Shown: piece by piece, positions 36,815 through 47,516 of the stretch
How the letters are laid out: every line of letters starts with the position of its first letter
Position numbering within the stretch: the stretch's first letter is position 1
Source: an uncultured virus (IMG/VR IMGVR_UViG_3300028590_000012)
Taxonomy: Duplodnaviria > Heunggongvirae > Uroviricota > Caudoviricetes
Reading direction: 5' to 3' (one strand)
Virus record (IMG/VR): IMGVR_UViG_3300028590_000012
DNA length: 64,000 nucleotides
Notes under the pieces: model-generated
Database searches by the model: none
What the model was told of the DNA's origin: nothing
The model's input: only the letters and a program-made list of their open reading frames with translations
Position numbers and translations under genes: made by a program

Positions 36815-37585
36815 CTAGAACCCAACATCAGCCGCTTTTTTGGATGGAGTTTTTGGGATGGCCTTCTCCAGGTCATCGCTTTCAGGATCGGGTTCCGGGT
36901 CAGGGTAATCCGCCGGGGGTTCTTGGGAGAAATCCTCTTCTCCAGGAAGCTTGTCCGATCCTTTGGAGGTAACCCCTTTGGCAAGATAACCTTTCAGGTA
37001 TTCCTGCAATTTGCGGTCCAGTTCCTTGGCCTGCTCGTCTGCCTCGGGACTGATTTCGATGATGGAGAACTCAGGCGGGGTGAACTCCACGTCTCCCGTG
37101 GTGTCCTTTTCTCCCGCTGTAATGGCCACGGCTTTCGTCTGAATTTCCTTCTGGTGTTTCTTTCGGAAGTCGAACCAAGGGCCAAGGGCACAGCCGGAAA
37201 TCTTGAAATTGCCAATCTTGACCTCGTTTCCGTCCCTGTAAGCGATGTAGCAGGAACTTGCGAAGCTACCCTTCTTGAATGCGACCTTTTCCTTGATCTC
37301 GGACCAAAGGCCGGTTGCAATTTCCTCCCCATTGAACAACTTGACCGTAAATGGGTCCGTGCGGGTGTCCCGAACCTCGTTTGCGTAGATTCCGGATTTT
37401 GCTTTCTTATTGTATCCACTAACTGTGGAAAGCTCGTCCAGCACCAGCATCTTAAAGGGAGGCGGGATCTTGATGTTTTCTCTGGCTTCCTTGTCGTAAA
37501 AAACGATGGCCCCCTCGGAGCCCTTCCACTCGAAGAACTTCTCGGCGGGGTTTTGATTGTGACTGGTCGGGTTTGATCTGCTCAT
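36815..37585 (-). CDS. Putative ssDNA-binding/recombination protein
   Basis: Acidic C-terminal tail ending in F; sits near the exonuclease. Confidence 0.5.
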   Translation of the reverse strand: MSRSNPTSHNQNPAEKFFEWKGSEGAIVFYDKEARENIKIPPPFKMLVLDELSTVSGYNKKAKSGIYANEVRDTRTDPFTVKLFNGEEIATGLWSEIKEKVAFKKGSFASSCYIAYRDGNEVKIGNFKISGCALGPWFDFRKKHQKEIQTKAVAITAGEKDTTGDVEFTPPEFSIIEISPEADEQAKELDRKLQEYLKGYLAKGVTSKGSDKLPGEEDFSQEPPADYPDPEPDPESDDLEKAIPKTPSKKAADVGF

Positions 37586-37835
37586 GATGTTTTTGTGTGA
37601 GTTGTCGGGTTGAAAATTTCCTAGGATTCCTGCTTAATCGGAGTCCATGTTCCATTGTAGTAATCCAATGGATTCTTTGGGTCGGTAATGTCGATGCACT
37701 GGCAAATGCCGTTATCACAGGCGTCAAGAACTCCTTCGCCAAGAGATCCTAGGAAATGCGTCACGGCTCCATCCTCAAAGATTGATAAATAGCTTTTCAT
37801 GTGGAGTATTACAATAGATTTCTGAAATCGTCCTG

Positions 37836-38705
37836 TCAACCAAGAATCGCCTTCCCGTACCGGCAAAATCGCGCCACGCTACAGAAGGATTGGCATCGGG
37901 TTGCCTCCCCTGGGCGGTGTTCGATCTCAAATTTCTTGCTGGGATTCTTTGCGGAAAGAACGGATAGCCTTTTCTTGGCCTCGTCCTCGCTCCCCAAGAC
38001 CGCTGTAGCGCGTTTTGCCCCCTTGGCCTTCACTGCCCAACCTTCCGGCCTTTCCCAGCGTTCCTTGGGCGTGCAGAGGGGGATTTGATCGTCCTCTAGT
38101 TTCTCGGCAGCTTGATGTAGGAGGATTCTTTCCCGGATATAGGAAAGGCACTTCTCATTTGGCCACAGGGGGAGCTTTTTGACGATTACCGGGGTCTGTG
38201 GATACTCGCTGTCAAACTCTGCCTTTCGCCTGCTCCAGTCCTTCAGGATTGCAACGATTTGCAGACCGTTTACCAAGAACCCTGCGTTACGCATCATGGC
38301 CGCATTGGTGTTACATTGGTTCACCCAGTCCTCCTTTTCTCCCAAAAGGAAGCTGTACACGCTGGTAATCTTGAAGTCTGAGATTGTCTCGTCCTCGTAA
38401 AGGTCGATCTGGCCGGAAAGGGTCCAGCCCTCCACCTCCATGTACAAGCGTTCCTCGGAAATTGCATCCTTGGCCTCCGCTCGTTCGATAACTACATGGG
38501 CGGCCTGCCCGAGAAGGCTCCAGATCCGGTCTGCCGCATCCTCCGTGACCTTGTGGCCATGGCGCTTCTTGAGCTGCCGGATGAGCGGAGGAGCGATCAA
38601 AGTTGTTGTACTGATGTTAGAATGCCTGCTTCCGGGGTCGTACCCATCGTAGGACAGAGCCCGGTACATGGACTTTGGTAGGTTGTGCTTGTTGGTGAGT
38701 TCCAT
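37836..38705 (-). CDS. PD-(D/E)XK Cas4-like exonuclease
   Basis: SEERL...LSGQIDL...ISDFKITS; C-terminal RCQSFCSVARFC. Confidence 0.8.
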   Translation of the reverse strand: MELTNKHNLPKSMYRALSYDGYDPGSRHSNISTTTLIAPPLIRQLKKRHGHKVTEDAADRIWSLLGQAAHVVIERAEAKDAISEERLYMEVEGWTLSGQIDLYEDETISDFKITSVYSFLLGEKEDWVNQCNTNAAMMRNAGFLVNGLQIVAILKDWSRRKAEFDSEYPQTPVIVKKLPLWPNEKCLSYIRERILLHQAAEKLEDDQIPLCTPKERWERPEGWAVKAKGAKRATAVLGSEDEAKKRLSVLSAKNPSKKFEIEHRPGEATRCQSFCSVARFCRYGKAILG

Positions 38706-38722
38706 ATTATTGTCCAACAAGC

Positions 38723-39118
38723 CTATTTCCCGTCTTTCCCATACACCAAAAGCCCTTTGGCCCGAGCTTCTGCGGGGTTGTCATGCAACCGCTGATGGCA
38801 GGAACGGCAGAGCCCAACCCAAGTTGAGGTGTCGAGGTAGAATTTACCTCTCCCAAGTCGGTGATGGATGTCACTCGCAATTCCTCCGCAAAGAGCACAC
38901 GAAGGATTTTCTCGCAAGTGGGCCAGTCGTAGTCTTCCGTACTCCTTTTCATCGCGTTCCCTCCGCTTGCTCCTGGCCCGAAGCTTCCCGCCTCGGTTCA
39001 GCCTGCCCTTTGATGTACCTCCAAAGGGATTCGAGGAAACGGATGTCTTCAGGAGTGAGCCCTTCCAGGTCTTCTTTAACCCCTTCTTGGATCGGAGGGG
39101 TGTTTTTCGGAGTAGCAT
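38723..39118 (-). CDS. HNH-type small nuclease
   Basis: CALC...DIHHRLGRG...LCRSCHQRLH. Confidence 0.65.
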   Translation of the reverse strand: MLLRKTPLRSKKGLKKTWKGSLLKTSVSSNPFGGTSKGRLNRGGKLRARSKRRERDEKEYGRLRLAHLRENPSCALCGGIASDIHHRLGRGKFYLDTSTWVGLCRSCHQRLHDNPAEARAKGLLVYGKDGK

Positions 39119-39162
39119 GTGGGGAGTGTGTCATGGTCAGTATAATTGGCAAGGAAGGGGTG

Positions 39163-39507
39163 TTATACGGAGCCCTTGGAGGGATAATTGGTGTTCTGGC
39201 CACGAGCCTTTGCAATTGCAGCACGCAGCCGCGTCAAAAATTCCTTGTCGCGCGGCGTGCCTAGCCAAACAGGCCAATTACTTTCCATTTCTTCCGCCAC
39301 GGAAAGCAGGTCGGGCGCGGCTGCAATCAACGGTTTGTCCTCGTCGCTTGGGCCATACGGATCGTCCTCCGCGATCATTACAGGCTCGGATGCCATGTAG
39401 CGTTCAGCCAAAAGTTGAGGGCCAACCCACACCCAAGGGCCTGCCGTATGGCCAGAACCAGTCAAAGCAGCCGAGGGGCCGGGCTGCGCGGCATTTTGAT
39501 TTTCCAT
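39163..39507 (-). CDS. Hypothetical phage protein
   Basis: HTAGPW...LIAAAPDLL...AAIAKARG. Confidence 0.65.
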   Translation of the reverse strand: MENQNAAQPGPSAALTGSGHTAGPWVWVGPQLLAERYMASEPVMIAEDDPYGPSDEDKPLIAAAPDLLSVAEEMESNWPVWLGTPRDKEFLTRLRAAIAKARGQNTNYPSKGSV

Positions 39508-39558
39508 AGATTATTTACCGGACTCCCGGCTGTTCTCGGCGTTCTCTTCCATCTCCAT

Positions 39559-39587
39559 ACCATACGATTGAGAAAAACACTTGTCAA
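39559..39587 (-). promoter_or_regulatory. Sigma70-type promoter for the recombination block
   Basis: TTGACA-N17-TATGGT. Confidence 0.65.
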
Positions 39588-39616
39588 CCATCAACCCACG
39601 ACATATTGTGTCTCGC

Positions 39617-40042
39617 ATGACAACGGAAGAACACCTCACCCGTATCCACAACCTGTTCGCCAAGATTGAAGAGATGGAGAAGTTGGCGACGGAATTTCCT
39701 TGGATTTACGATCCTGAAAATAAGCTGGCTAAAACAGATCGGTTTTCCGGTTATCGAAACGCACCTCAAATGATATGGGGGCCAAAGGGTCCAGGATATG
39801 GAACTGTGGCGGAAACCTGTTCTGCGGGGCTAATGCCGTATCCGGGAGGACAGCAAGCCCGCGACGCCTCCTTCATCGCGCTCAACCGCAACATCATCGT
39901 GCCGCTAGTAAAATACGCTTCTACGCAACTTCGCGATGTATCCTACGCATACAAAACGGATTTTATCAGCCAAAACGATCCGCGTTTGACAACGCTCCTC
40001 TCCCTCTTCCCTGACGAACTCTTAACCCTTTGTGGAGTATGA
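39617..40042 (+). CDS. Hypothetical protein (Ead/Ea22-like)
   Basis: LATEFPW...DASFIALNR. Confidence 0.5.
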   Translation: MTTEEHLTRIHNLFAKIEEMEKLATEFPWIYDPENKLAKTDRFSGYRNAPQMIWGPKGPGYGTVAETCSAGLMPYPGGQQARDASFIALNRNIIVPLVKYASTQLRDVSYAYKTDFISQNDPRLTTLLSLFPDELLTLCGV

Positions 40043-40896
40043 AAGAAACCCTCGGAAAGGAAATCACGGAATGAAATGCCTGCTATGCGCTTTTATGATT
40101 GGGTTCGCAGCAGGGGTATTTGTGATGGTGCTCGCTTGTTACAAATTTCCAATGACCGCTCCAGCTCGTGAAGCTGCGGTAAAGGCTGGAAAAGCTGAAT
40201 ACTACTTGAACGCAAACAACGAACGCGAATGGCGATGGAAACCATGACCCCTCCTTCCTTCACCCTCGCCGACCTCCTCTCCGGCGACCACAACGACGTT
40301 CTCCGTGAACTTGCGGCGAAGAATATCGGTTATCGTGTTATCGACATTCATAGAATGATGGAACAGTGGGTTAGGCCTGACGGCACATACATAAACCAAA
40401 GTTGTGTGCCGATTCCAGAGTTTCACACCTCCCTCGACTCCTGCCGTGAACTTCTGGAGGCGTTGACGGATGAGGAATTTGGATGGATGGACCTAAACCT
40501 CTCGGAGCTATTCTCGAAGCAAGGAAAAGACGAATATACCTGGAATGCTTCTGCGCTCGAAATTCTCATAGCCTTCTGCCTGACCCGCAACCTCATCCAA
40601 CTTGTTGAACAATAATCCATGAACGAACCACGCCATGCCTACGTGGGAATAGCCATTGACGGCACCCTCCAGCTAGTCCTCTCCCGAGAGGTTCTGGACC
40701 CCATCGGGGCAAGACTCCAGCAAGGCACTCGCTTCCCGGCTGCGGTGTTCGACCTTTACGATGAATCCATCCCCATCTCCAGGGAGGTCATTGTGAGCGC
40801 TGTGCGGGGCCTAGAAGCCTTCATGGCTGGCGAGGAGTATCAGGCCCACACTCTTACCTTCGGACAACCTACATACAAACCTAGACGCAAAAGATC

Positions 40897-41274
40897 ATGA
40901 ATCCTGAATATTGGAAGAGTTTTGCCATTCACCCGGAAAATGAACTCCCCGAGTCGCCTGTCCTTGAACTTAAACCCGGAGGGCCACCAACCAAGAAACC
41001 CGCTTGGTTCAAGCCTCCATCCCGCCTCTCCTTGAATATGGAGAAGGTGTACACGCTTCTTGTTTCCAATCTTGGAAAGCGTCTTTCCATTGAGCAGATC
41101 AGCACCATGCTGTCCATGCCACAGAAGTCAGTCACAGCGGCTTGCAAGGCCCTCTCCTTGCGAGGATTCGCCTCTCCAGCGCGAGAGAGGGCTGTAGTAG
41201 AGAAGCGGCTCGTGACCATCACCTACATGCAGGGCGTCGATCCCGCAGGCAAGCTTGGGAGAAAGGAGTGGTAG
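40897..41274 (+). CDS. Winged-helix-like protein
   Basis: LSIEQISTMLSMPQKSVTAACKALSLRGF. Confidence 0.5.
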   Translation: MNPEYWKSFAIHPENELPESPVLELKPGGPPTKKPAWFKPPSRLSLNMEKVYTLLVSNLGKRLSIEQISTMLSMPQKSVTAACKALSLRGFASPARERAVVEKRLVTITYMQGVDPAGKLGRKEW

Positions 41275-41647
41275 CCATGAACACTGACAAGATCAACAAG
41301 CTGATTGCGGAGGCCAAACATGCCGAGGGTGGTAACTGGGTTCCTGTGGCGGATTCCCTCCACGATTCGGAACGATGGAACGCCCAAGTGGCTGTTTCCG
41401 AGAATCACCAATTCGTCAGCCGTATTTGCGAGTGCGAGTACTCGGAGGCTGTCCATATCGCCAACTGGCGTCCTGATCGTGCCATTGCGTTCCTGGAGGC
41501 GTTTAAGGCCATGAGAGAAGCACTTGGCGATATGTCCTATCGTGCTCGCCAAGAAAAATGGGAGAATTCCATAACTGGGAAACAAGTCCTGCTCAAGCAT
41601 GCCGAATCCGCAATGATCGCCGCCGACAAGGCCCTGGAGGAACTCCC

Positions 41648-41881
41648 ATGAACTGCCCGAAATGTAAGAAGGACAAGGACCGGGTGATTGATTCGCGCTC
41701 GTCCTATGACAGTATTCGTCGTAGGCGTCTTTGTAAGCGATGCGGAACTCGTTGGACCACGTATGAGCGCAGCGAAGAATCGTTTTCCGCCTTCAAGGAG
41801 GAACTCCGCAGGAAACTGTCATTGGACTTTGATGGCGCATATCGCTACTTGGATCAGGCCTACAAGAAACTCCTGCCCTGA
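41648..41881 (+). CDS. NrdR-like zinc-ribbon protein (no ATP cone)
   Basis: MNCPKC...VIDSR...[18 protein letters not shown]. Confidence 0.75.
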   Translation: MNCPKCKKDKDRVIDSRSSYDSIRRRRLCKRCGTRWTTYERSEESFSAFKEELRRKLSLDFDGAYRYLDQAYKKLLP

Positions 41882-42301
41882 GTATTGTTTAACAAGCGTA
41901 TGGAACTTTCCACGGTTATCAAACCCCACCCTGAAGGATGGTTTTACAGGAAAAGCGTTCGAATCTCCGACACAGGAGAATTGCCCTCAATGCTTGCGCG
42001 GTATGGCGCTGTTTATGATGAGGGATACGTCCTCGTACAGTTTGATTCGATTGTCTCTGACATTCACTCCTCATTTGGAAGGGAACACAAGATGTGCGTT
42101 GTGATGGAGCGCTTCATTACCGTACATGAAGCGATGGAAAGGGGATTTCTGTGAATCTTTTGGCTTGCGTGTGGGGAAGTGGAGCGGTACGGGTGATCGT
42201 ATCCACACCATGCGTATCGTTACCTTTCAAACCGGCTGGCCATCTGTACGCATTGGTGTGGAAACTTTTGTTTCCAGATGTGCCGGTCGATTTGAGGGGT
42301 A

Positions 42302-43057
42302 ATGAAATACCAGGTTACCGAAATTGTAGAGGGCGTGCGGCTGCACGAGCAAACACCGGACGCACACCTGATCGGGGTTACTCAGACGACGATTGAGCGG
42401 ATCATAAAACTGTCAGACTGCCCCGGAGAAGCCATGGCCCTATACCTTTTCTACGCATACACCTGTAAATGGCAGAAGAACTCATGCGCATTTGCTACTG
42501 CCAAATTTGTCCAGAAACATTTCGGATGGGGGAGAGACAAATTCCAGAAGGCCAAGAATAGCCTGAAAGAAATGGGGTTGATTGAAGATGAAAAGAGGCG
42601 TGGAGAACGGAATAAAATCGTGGGTCACTACATCAAAGTTCGGTACGCATCGACCACTACTACGGAAATCCACCCTGTGGACTCACCAGCGAGTGGGAAA
42701 CAGACAACAGATACCATGTACTCTAACGGAGATACCAGTAACTCTCATGTACATGCCATTGACTCTCATAAAAGTGGTACTCCTGTACAGGATGTTCGTT
42801 CCAACAAAGAAATTTTCCCTTCAAAAGCCAAGGACACAGCGCGTACAAGGAAAAGTAAGGCTGCGCCACAAGTACCCACCACCCCCGAGTGCCGCGTCCC
42901 CCCTCCTCCCATGGAAATCAGCTGTAATGAGTGTGACATTCGATTCGTGACTCCCGATCCTCTGAATACGCAATTCTGCGATTCTTGTGCCATCAAGATC
43001 GCCAAACAACGACAATCTGAAGACTCGTGGGCCGAGATAGAGAATGCGATTGCCTGA
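42302..43057 (+). CDS. Putative replication initiator (N-terminal wHTH)
   Basis: AMALYLFYAY...HFGWGRDKFQKAKNSLKEMGLIE; upstream of DnaB. Confidence 0.55.
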   Translation: MKYQVTEIVEGVRLHEQTPDAHLIGVTQTTIERIIKLSDCPGEAMALYLFYAYTCKWQKNSCAFATAKFVQKHFGWGRDKFQKAKNSLKEMGLIEDEKRRGERNKIVGHYIKVRYASTTTTEIHPVDSPASGKQTTDTMYSNGDTSNSHVHAIDSHKSGTPVQDVRSNKEIFPSKAKDTARTRKSKAAPQVPTTPECRVPPPPMEISCNECDIRFVTPDPLNTQFCDSCAIKIAKQRQSEDSWAEIENAIA

Positions 43058-44035
43058 TCCCTTCCGAAGCCATGTTTGCCATTTCCAAACCACAATGACC
43101 CCCTACACCTTCCATCGAGCCTCTGGCTGGCATCCCTTGGACCTGCCCTCTGACGAGGAAGCCATACGCAACGCCCTGTGTAATCCTGGGACCGTATCTG
43201 TCGTCAACGAAGTGACCGGGAAGGTGGTCTGGTCGGAAGCTGACATTATTGACCATCAACTGCCATGAACAACATCGAAGAAACCCACTCCATTCTCGCC
43301 AACGAGAACTTCCGCTACTGCGTATGCTTCCTGAAAAACTCCGGAGAGAAGATCCGTGCCATGCGCCTTGTAAGGGATGTCACCGGACTCCCGATTGGCG
43401 CTGTGATGAGTTGGGTGAATGCCCTTCACATACCATTGGGCGTGGCGGATGAACTGGTACGTTGGGTAGAAAATCCCGAATACGAGAACGCTACCGCTGA
43501 AATTGTTCTGACTGGAGTGCCTCAAGGGCTGCGCGAGAGTTGCAAAATGCCCACAAATGGACGGGTCAACGAGTTCTTTGTGTGCTCTTTCTGCCAAGAA
43601 CTTCCAGAATGGACTGAACCATGAAGGTCTGGCACATAATTCAGAACCGTCCGATCAACATCATTGAGCTACTCCCGGATGACGAGATGTACTTCGGAAT
43701 GGAAATGGCCGAGTGGAATGAACCAATCGCTATAGCTCGTGACTCAATCTGCCCGCATTGTATTTCTGGAAGGTCCCATATCCATCAGTTAGGGGAACAC
43801 ATTCATGCGTTTGGGGCGCCTGCCGGGAAAAATCCTCCAAAAAACCATGCCACCCACACACCTTGAAGTAGTTTTCCGCCACAAGAATGGCCGGGAAGAA
43901 GTCCGCTACCGCCGTCCCATTGACTCCGCATCCGCCAAGGAACTCCGGGAGTTCGTGGATGCCCTGCGGGAGGATCTTGGGGAAGATTGCCAGTATGGGT
44001 ATCGTTATGTGTGACTTGTTGAACAATACTCCTGA

Positions 44036-45379
44036 ATGACAATCGACCCTCCCTCACCTCTCCCAGAAGTCCCGAAAGCGGAACTTGGCCTACTCTGCTC
44101 CTTCCTGCACTCCCCGGACACCGTGGCGGGGCTTGTGGCGCAAAAGAAGGCCATTCCAGAGTTCTTCCACCACCCCGACAACAGGACTCTTTTCGAGACT
44201 CTCCTGCGGATGCACAAGGAAGGGGTGCCTATCGACATGATCTCGGTGGGGCTCTACATCGCCAAGCACAAGATCCACTTGGAAACCCTCACACCGGAAG
44301 CTTACATCGCGGAAATCTGGTGCTTCATCGAGACAGCTTCAATGGCCCTCTTTTACCTGGAAACGCTCCGTGAGAGCTTTGCCCGGAGGTCTGCCATCCT
44401 GGAGTGCCAGCGGATCGAGAGGGAACTGCGGGAGGATGCGGTGACTACGCAAGACGTTTACGACCTGACCACTTCCGCGTTCAAGGAAGTTCAAGAAATC
44501 TGCATCATTGAGGAGCCAGAGGATGACGTGGACAAGCAGGAAGCAATGAGGTTCCTTGATGACATGCAGAAGGCTGCGATGGGGCAAAAGAATCCCGCCC
44601 TCATGCCGTTCGGACTGCCAACCATTGACGATATGACTGGGGGAGGGATGAGGGGAGAACTGGTGGTCATAACAGGCTTGCCGGGGGTCGGGAAGAGCCT
44701 TACTGGACAAAAACTCGTCACCCAATCAGTTTTCCAGCGCAACGAGAATGCCCACGTTTACTCCATGGAGATGGGTCACCAGCAATGCTTGCGACGGTAC
44801 GTGGCTGATCTGGGCAACATCTCCCTGCGCTCCATGCGCAAGGGGATCTTTACCGAGCGAGAGTTCAATGGATTTGCCGGGGCGCTTTCCAAGGTGACTT
44901 CCTCCGGACTCAAGATTTACGACATCAAGCGCAACAAGATGACACCTCAAAGCATTGAGGCTGAGATTCGGAAAGGGAAAAAGAACCGTGGGTTGGACGT
45001 GGTGATGGCCGATTATCTGCAACTCATCCGCACAAACTCCCAATCTGAGAAGCGCAGGGATCAGGAATTACAGGAGATTTCCAAGCGATTCAAACTGCTC
45101 GCTGGGGAACTGGACATTATGTTCATACTTCTCGCTCAAGCCAACGAGGCAGGCGGGTGCTTTGATTCCTCCCAGGTGGAAGCAGACGCGGATTGGGTGC
45201 TCAACCTGAACCCTGTGTTCAAGACGGAGGGCAAGATCCGTCGCATCACCGGCACTGACTCCATTTACCTCTCAAAAGCCCGTGAAGGAGAGCGTGGAAA
45301 GAGAATCCCGCTTCGGATGCTGGGAGAGTACGCCCGGATTGAAGAGTGCCAAGAGGTTGTTAAAGCCACGGATTTCTGA
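44036..45379 (+). CDS. dnaB: Replicative DNA helicase, DnaB-like
   Basis: GELVVITGLPGVGKS, YSMEM, VMADYLQL, LLAQAN, VEADAD. Confidence 0.92.
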   Translation: MTIDPPSPLPEVPKAELGLLCSFLHSPDTVAGLVAQKKAIPEFFHHPDNRTLFETLLRMHKEGVPIDMISVGLYIAKHKIHLETLTPEAYIAEIWCFIETASMALFYLETLRESFARRSAILECQRIERELREDAVTTQDVYDLTTSAFKEVQEICIIEEPEDDVDKQEAMRFLDDMQKAAMGQKNPALMPFGLPTIDDMTGGGMRGELVVITGLPGVGKSLTGQKLVTQSVFQRNENAHVYSMEMGHQQCLRRYVADLGNISLRSMRKGIFTEREFNGFAGALSKVTSSGLKIYDIKRNKMTPQSIEAEIRKGKKNRGLDVVMADYLQLIRTNSQSEKRRDQELQEISKRFKLLAGELDIMFILLAQANEAGGCFDSSQVEADADWVLNLNPVFKTEGKIRRITGTDSIYLSKAREGERGKRIPLRMLGEYARIEECQEVVKATDF

Positions 45380-45400
45380 AAGAATTGTCCAACAAGCCAC

Positions 45401-45922
45401 ATGTCGCAAAACCATCCCAAAAACGACACGTTTAACGGATATGTCGCCAAAGAGAACATGACCCGAGAACACCTGCGCCACCTTTTCCCCCTCGCATCGC
45501 AAGAATTCCTGGATAAGAACGCCGACGCCATCATTGCCCGAAGCAATGCGGAGGAGCAATCTGCTGCCAGAGGGGCCTCTACGGGCATCCTGGAGAAAAA
45601 GAAGGCACAATCTCATGAACAAGATATTCGAACTAAAGGTTCCCGGAAGGCTTCCAAGCTGGAATGCACTGCTGGGGATGGAACACTGGGGCAGGATCAA
45701 GGCCAAGAAGGAAGTCCAGAGCGCCTTCATATCCGCATTGAAAGCGTCAGGAAACGATTGCTGGACCCTGACAACATTAGCGAAAAAGCAATTCTCGACT
45801 GTCTCCGATATGTTGGCGCGATTCCAGGCGACCAGCCAGATCAAATCACGCTCGAAACCACTCAAAGGAAATGCGAAAAAGGGGAAGAAGAGCACACCTT
45901 GATACAGATATTTGAGCCATGA
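45401..45922 (+). CDS. RusA-like Holliday junction resolvase (catalytic half)
   Basis: RLLDPDNISEKAILDCL...AIPGD. Confidence 0.65.
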   Translation: MSQNHPKNDTFNGYVAKENMTREHLRHLFPLASQEFLDKNADAIIARSNAEEQSAARGASTGILEKKKAQSHEQDIRTKGSRKASKLECTAGDGTLGQDQGQEGSPERLHIRIESVRKRLLDPDNISEKAILDCLRYVGAIPGDQPDQITLETTQRKCEKGEEEHTLIQIFEP

Positions 45923-46124
45923 CGATTCAGCAGGCCGCCACCATTGAGGCTAAAAGACTTCATAAAGCCGGAGAACAACACTCTGGCATCAAGTTCACGC
46001 CACGGGGCAAACACAAGGCCATTGCTAGCATTGCAAGATGGTTGCTCCGAAAAGATAATCCATGGTATATGGCTGAGACTGGCCCTTGGGGAAGATGGGG
46101 TCCAAATGCCAAATCTTTGTACAA

Positions 46125-46280
46125 ATGACCTCCTCCGCCCTCCACATCGACGTAGAGCTTTTCAACGGGCTCTACTACGCAGAGTGTGAGGAAACACCTG
46201 GCCTGCTTGGTTGCGGGGATTCCCCGGAGGAAGCTGCTGACGATCTGATTGACTGGATTGCGGCCATTGTTTGGAATTGA
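46125..46280 (+). CDS. HicB-like antitoxin domain protein
   Basis: YYAECEETPGLLGCGDSPEEA; ATGA overlap. Confidence 0.6.
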   Translation: MTSSALHIDVELFNGLYYAECEETPGLLGCGDSPEEAADDLIDWIAAIVWN

Positions 46281-46561
46281 GTGTTATGAAAACTCCCTGC
46301 CAAGATGCGCCTTTCGAGGAGTGGATCGTGGACATTGGAGGCTCTCTCATACAGCCTGACACCACCACTGGTCGGTGCCGACTTCTCCAGATAGGAGAAA
46401 GGATCGTGTGCTCAGGACTCCCGCGAAGGTACATTTTTGAGAACGGGGAGTTTGTGGAAGTCTTTCCACAGGAAGAAGACTTGCGATATCCGCCTAACAA
46501 GCTATCCTAACCTCGTTGTGGTCCTTAGCGGGCCGTGTTCGTTGAACGAGTTGTCATGCAG

Positions 46562-46594
46562 ACCCCGGCTGGAGAAATCTGGCCGGGGTTTTGT
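46562..46594 (+). terminator. Intrinsic terminator
   Basis: ACCCCGGCTGG...CTGGCCGGGGT-TTTGT. Confidence 0.65.
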
Positions 46595-46907
46595 GCGTCC
46601 AGGGAGTGCGGGAGGAGCGATAAGGGGGTATGATTTCCGCGTTCCTCATTCTTACAGTCATTGCCTTACTCCTGGCAGTGGCGTCACTTGTTAAACCTGG
46701 ATGGCCCCTATTGGCTGTTTCCGTGATCCTTCTGGCCGTGGCAATACTAATCGGCGGAAGGTAGCTACTGCAACGGCTGCGTCCCAACGTCCTTTTTCCC
46801 CAGCCACACGGAACGGAACAACTTGCCCCACTTCCGCCTAACGATGCCCTTACGCAGGTTCGGGAAGGTGACAAGCATCTCCCTCAAAGCCCGGCGTTTG
46901 GTCTTTT

Positions 46908-47516
46908 TTACGATGGCTGTAGGGGATATGTGATGCCGTTTACTTGGGCAGGTGTCCCTGGCCAGAAAATATACTCAAAAGCCTTCTTGCTACTGCCTCC
47001 ACTCTTTGGGTTGCCAGAAAGGCCCAAGGCCACGGCAGCGGCAATGCTGGCTTCCCCAAGGTGTTTTGCTGGTCCGATGTCGGCCACAACAGCCATTACG
47101 AACTTCCCTGTGCGAGTATCGATGATCTTGGCCTGACTCCCAAGCACTACACCACGGACCTTTTTGATAAGCGGACTAGGGACTACAATGAATGGAACCT
47201 TCTCGCTGTCGATTTCACGGCGAGGATCTCCATGCTTGAACCCCTTGTTCTTTAGCGCAGTCGTCGAAACGTAGTATCCAGGATACGGGTCATCCTTGCC
47301 TTGAATGATGGGGATTCCTTTGGAGTCGGTAGCAATACCCCACCAGTTCCCCGGATTCCCGGCATTTGCCAGAAAGTCCAAAGGCTTTGTTCCTGGAGGG
47401 CCGTAGCAACGCGGGGAACCGTCTCCATCCACAGTGAGTTCCCCCAGAAAGGAAACACTCCCATCCTCATTGAGGTACACGTTCTCTCCATCTACGGACA
47501 TGAGTGCTGTTTCCAT
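46908..47516 (-). CDS. Glycoside hydrolase family 75 (chitosanase-like), candidate endolysin
   Basis: VDGDGS...IDSEKVPFIVVP...VVADIGP..LGEASIAAA. Confidence 0.7.
   Translation of the reverse strand: METALMSVDGENVYLNEDGSVSFLGELTVDGDGSPRCYGPPGTKPLDFLANAGNPGNWWGIATDSKGIPIIQGKDDPYPGYYVSTTALKNKGFKHGDPRREIDSEKVPFIVVPSPLIKKVRGVVLGSQAKIIDTRTGKFVMAVVADIGPAKHLGEASIAAAVALGLSGNPKSGGSSKKAFEYIFWPGTPAQVNGITYPLQPS

Noticed and set aside
37836..38705. Cas4-like gene as evidence of CRISPR-Cas
   Set aside because: No array or other cas genes; it sits in a recombination block, as solo phage exonucleases do.
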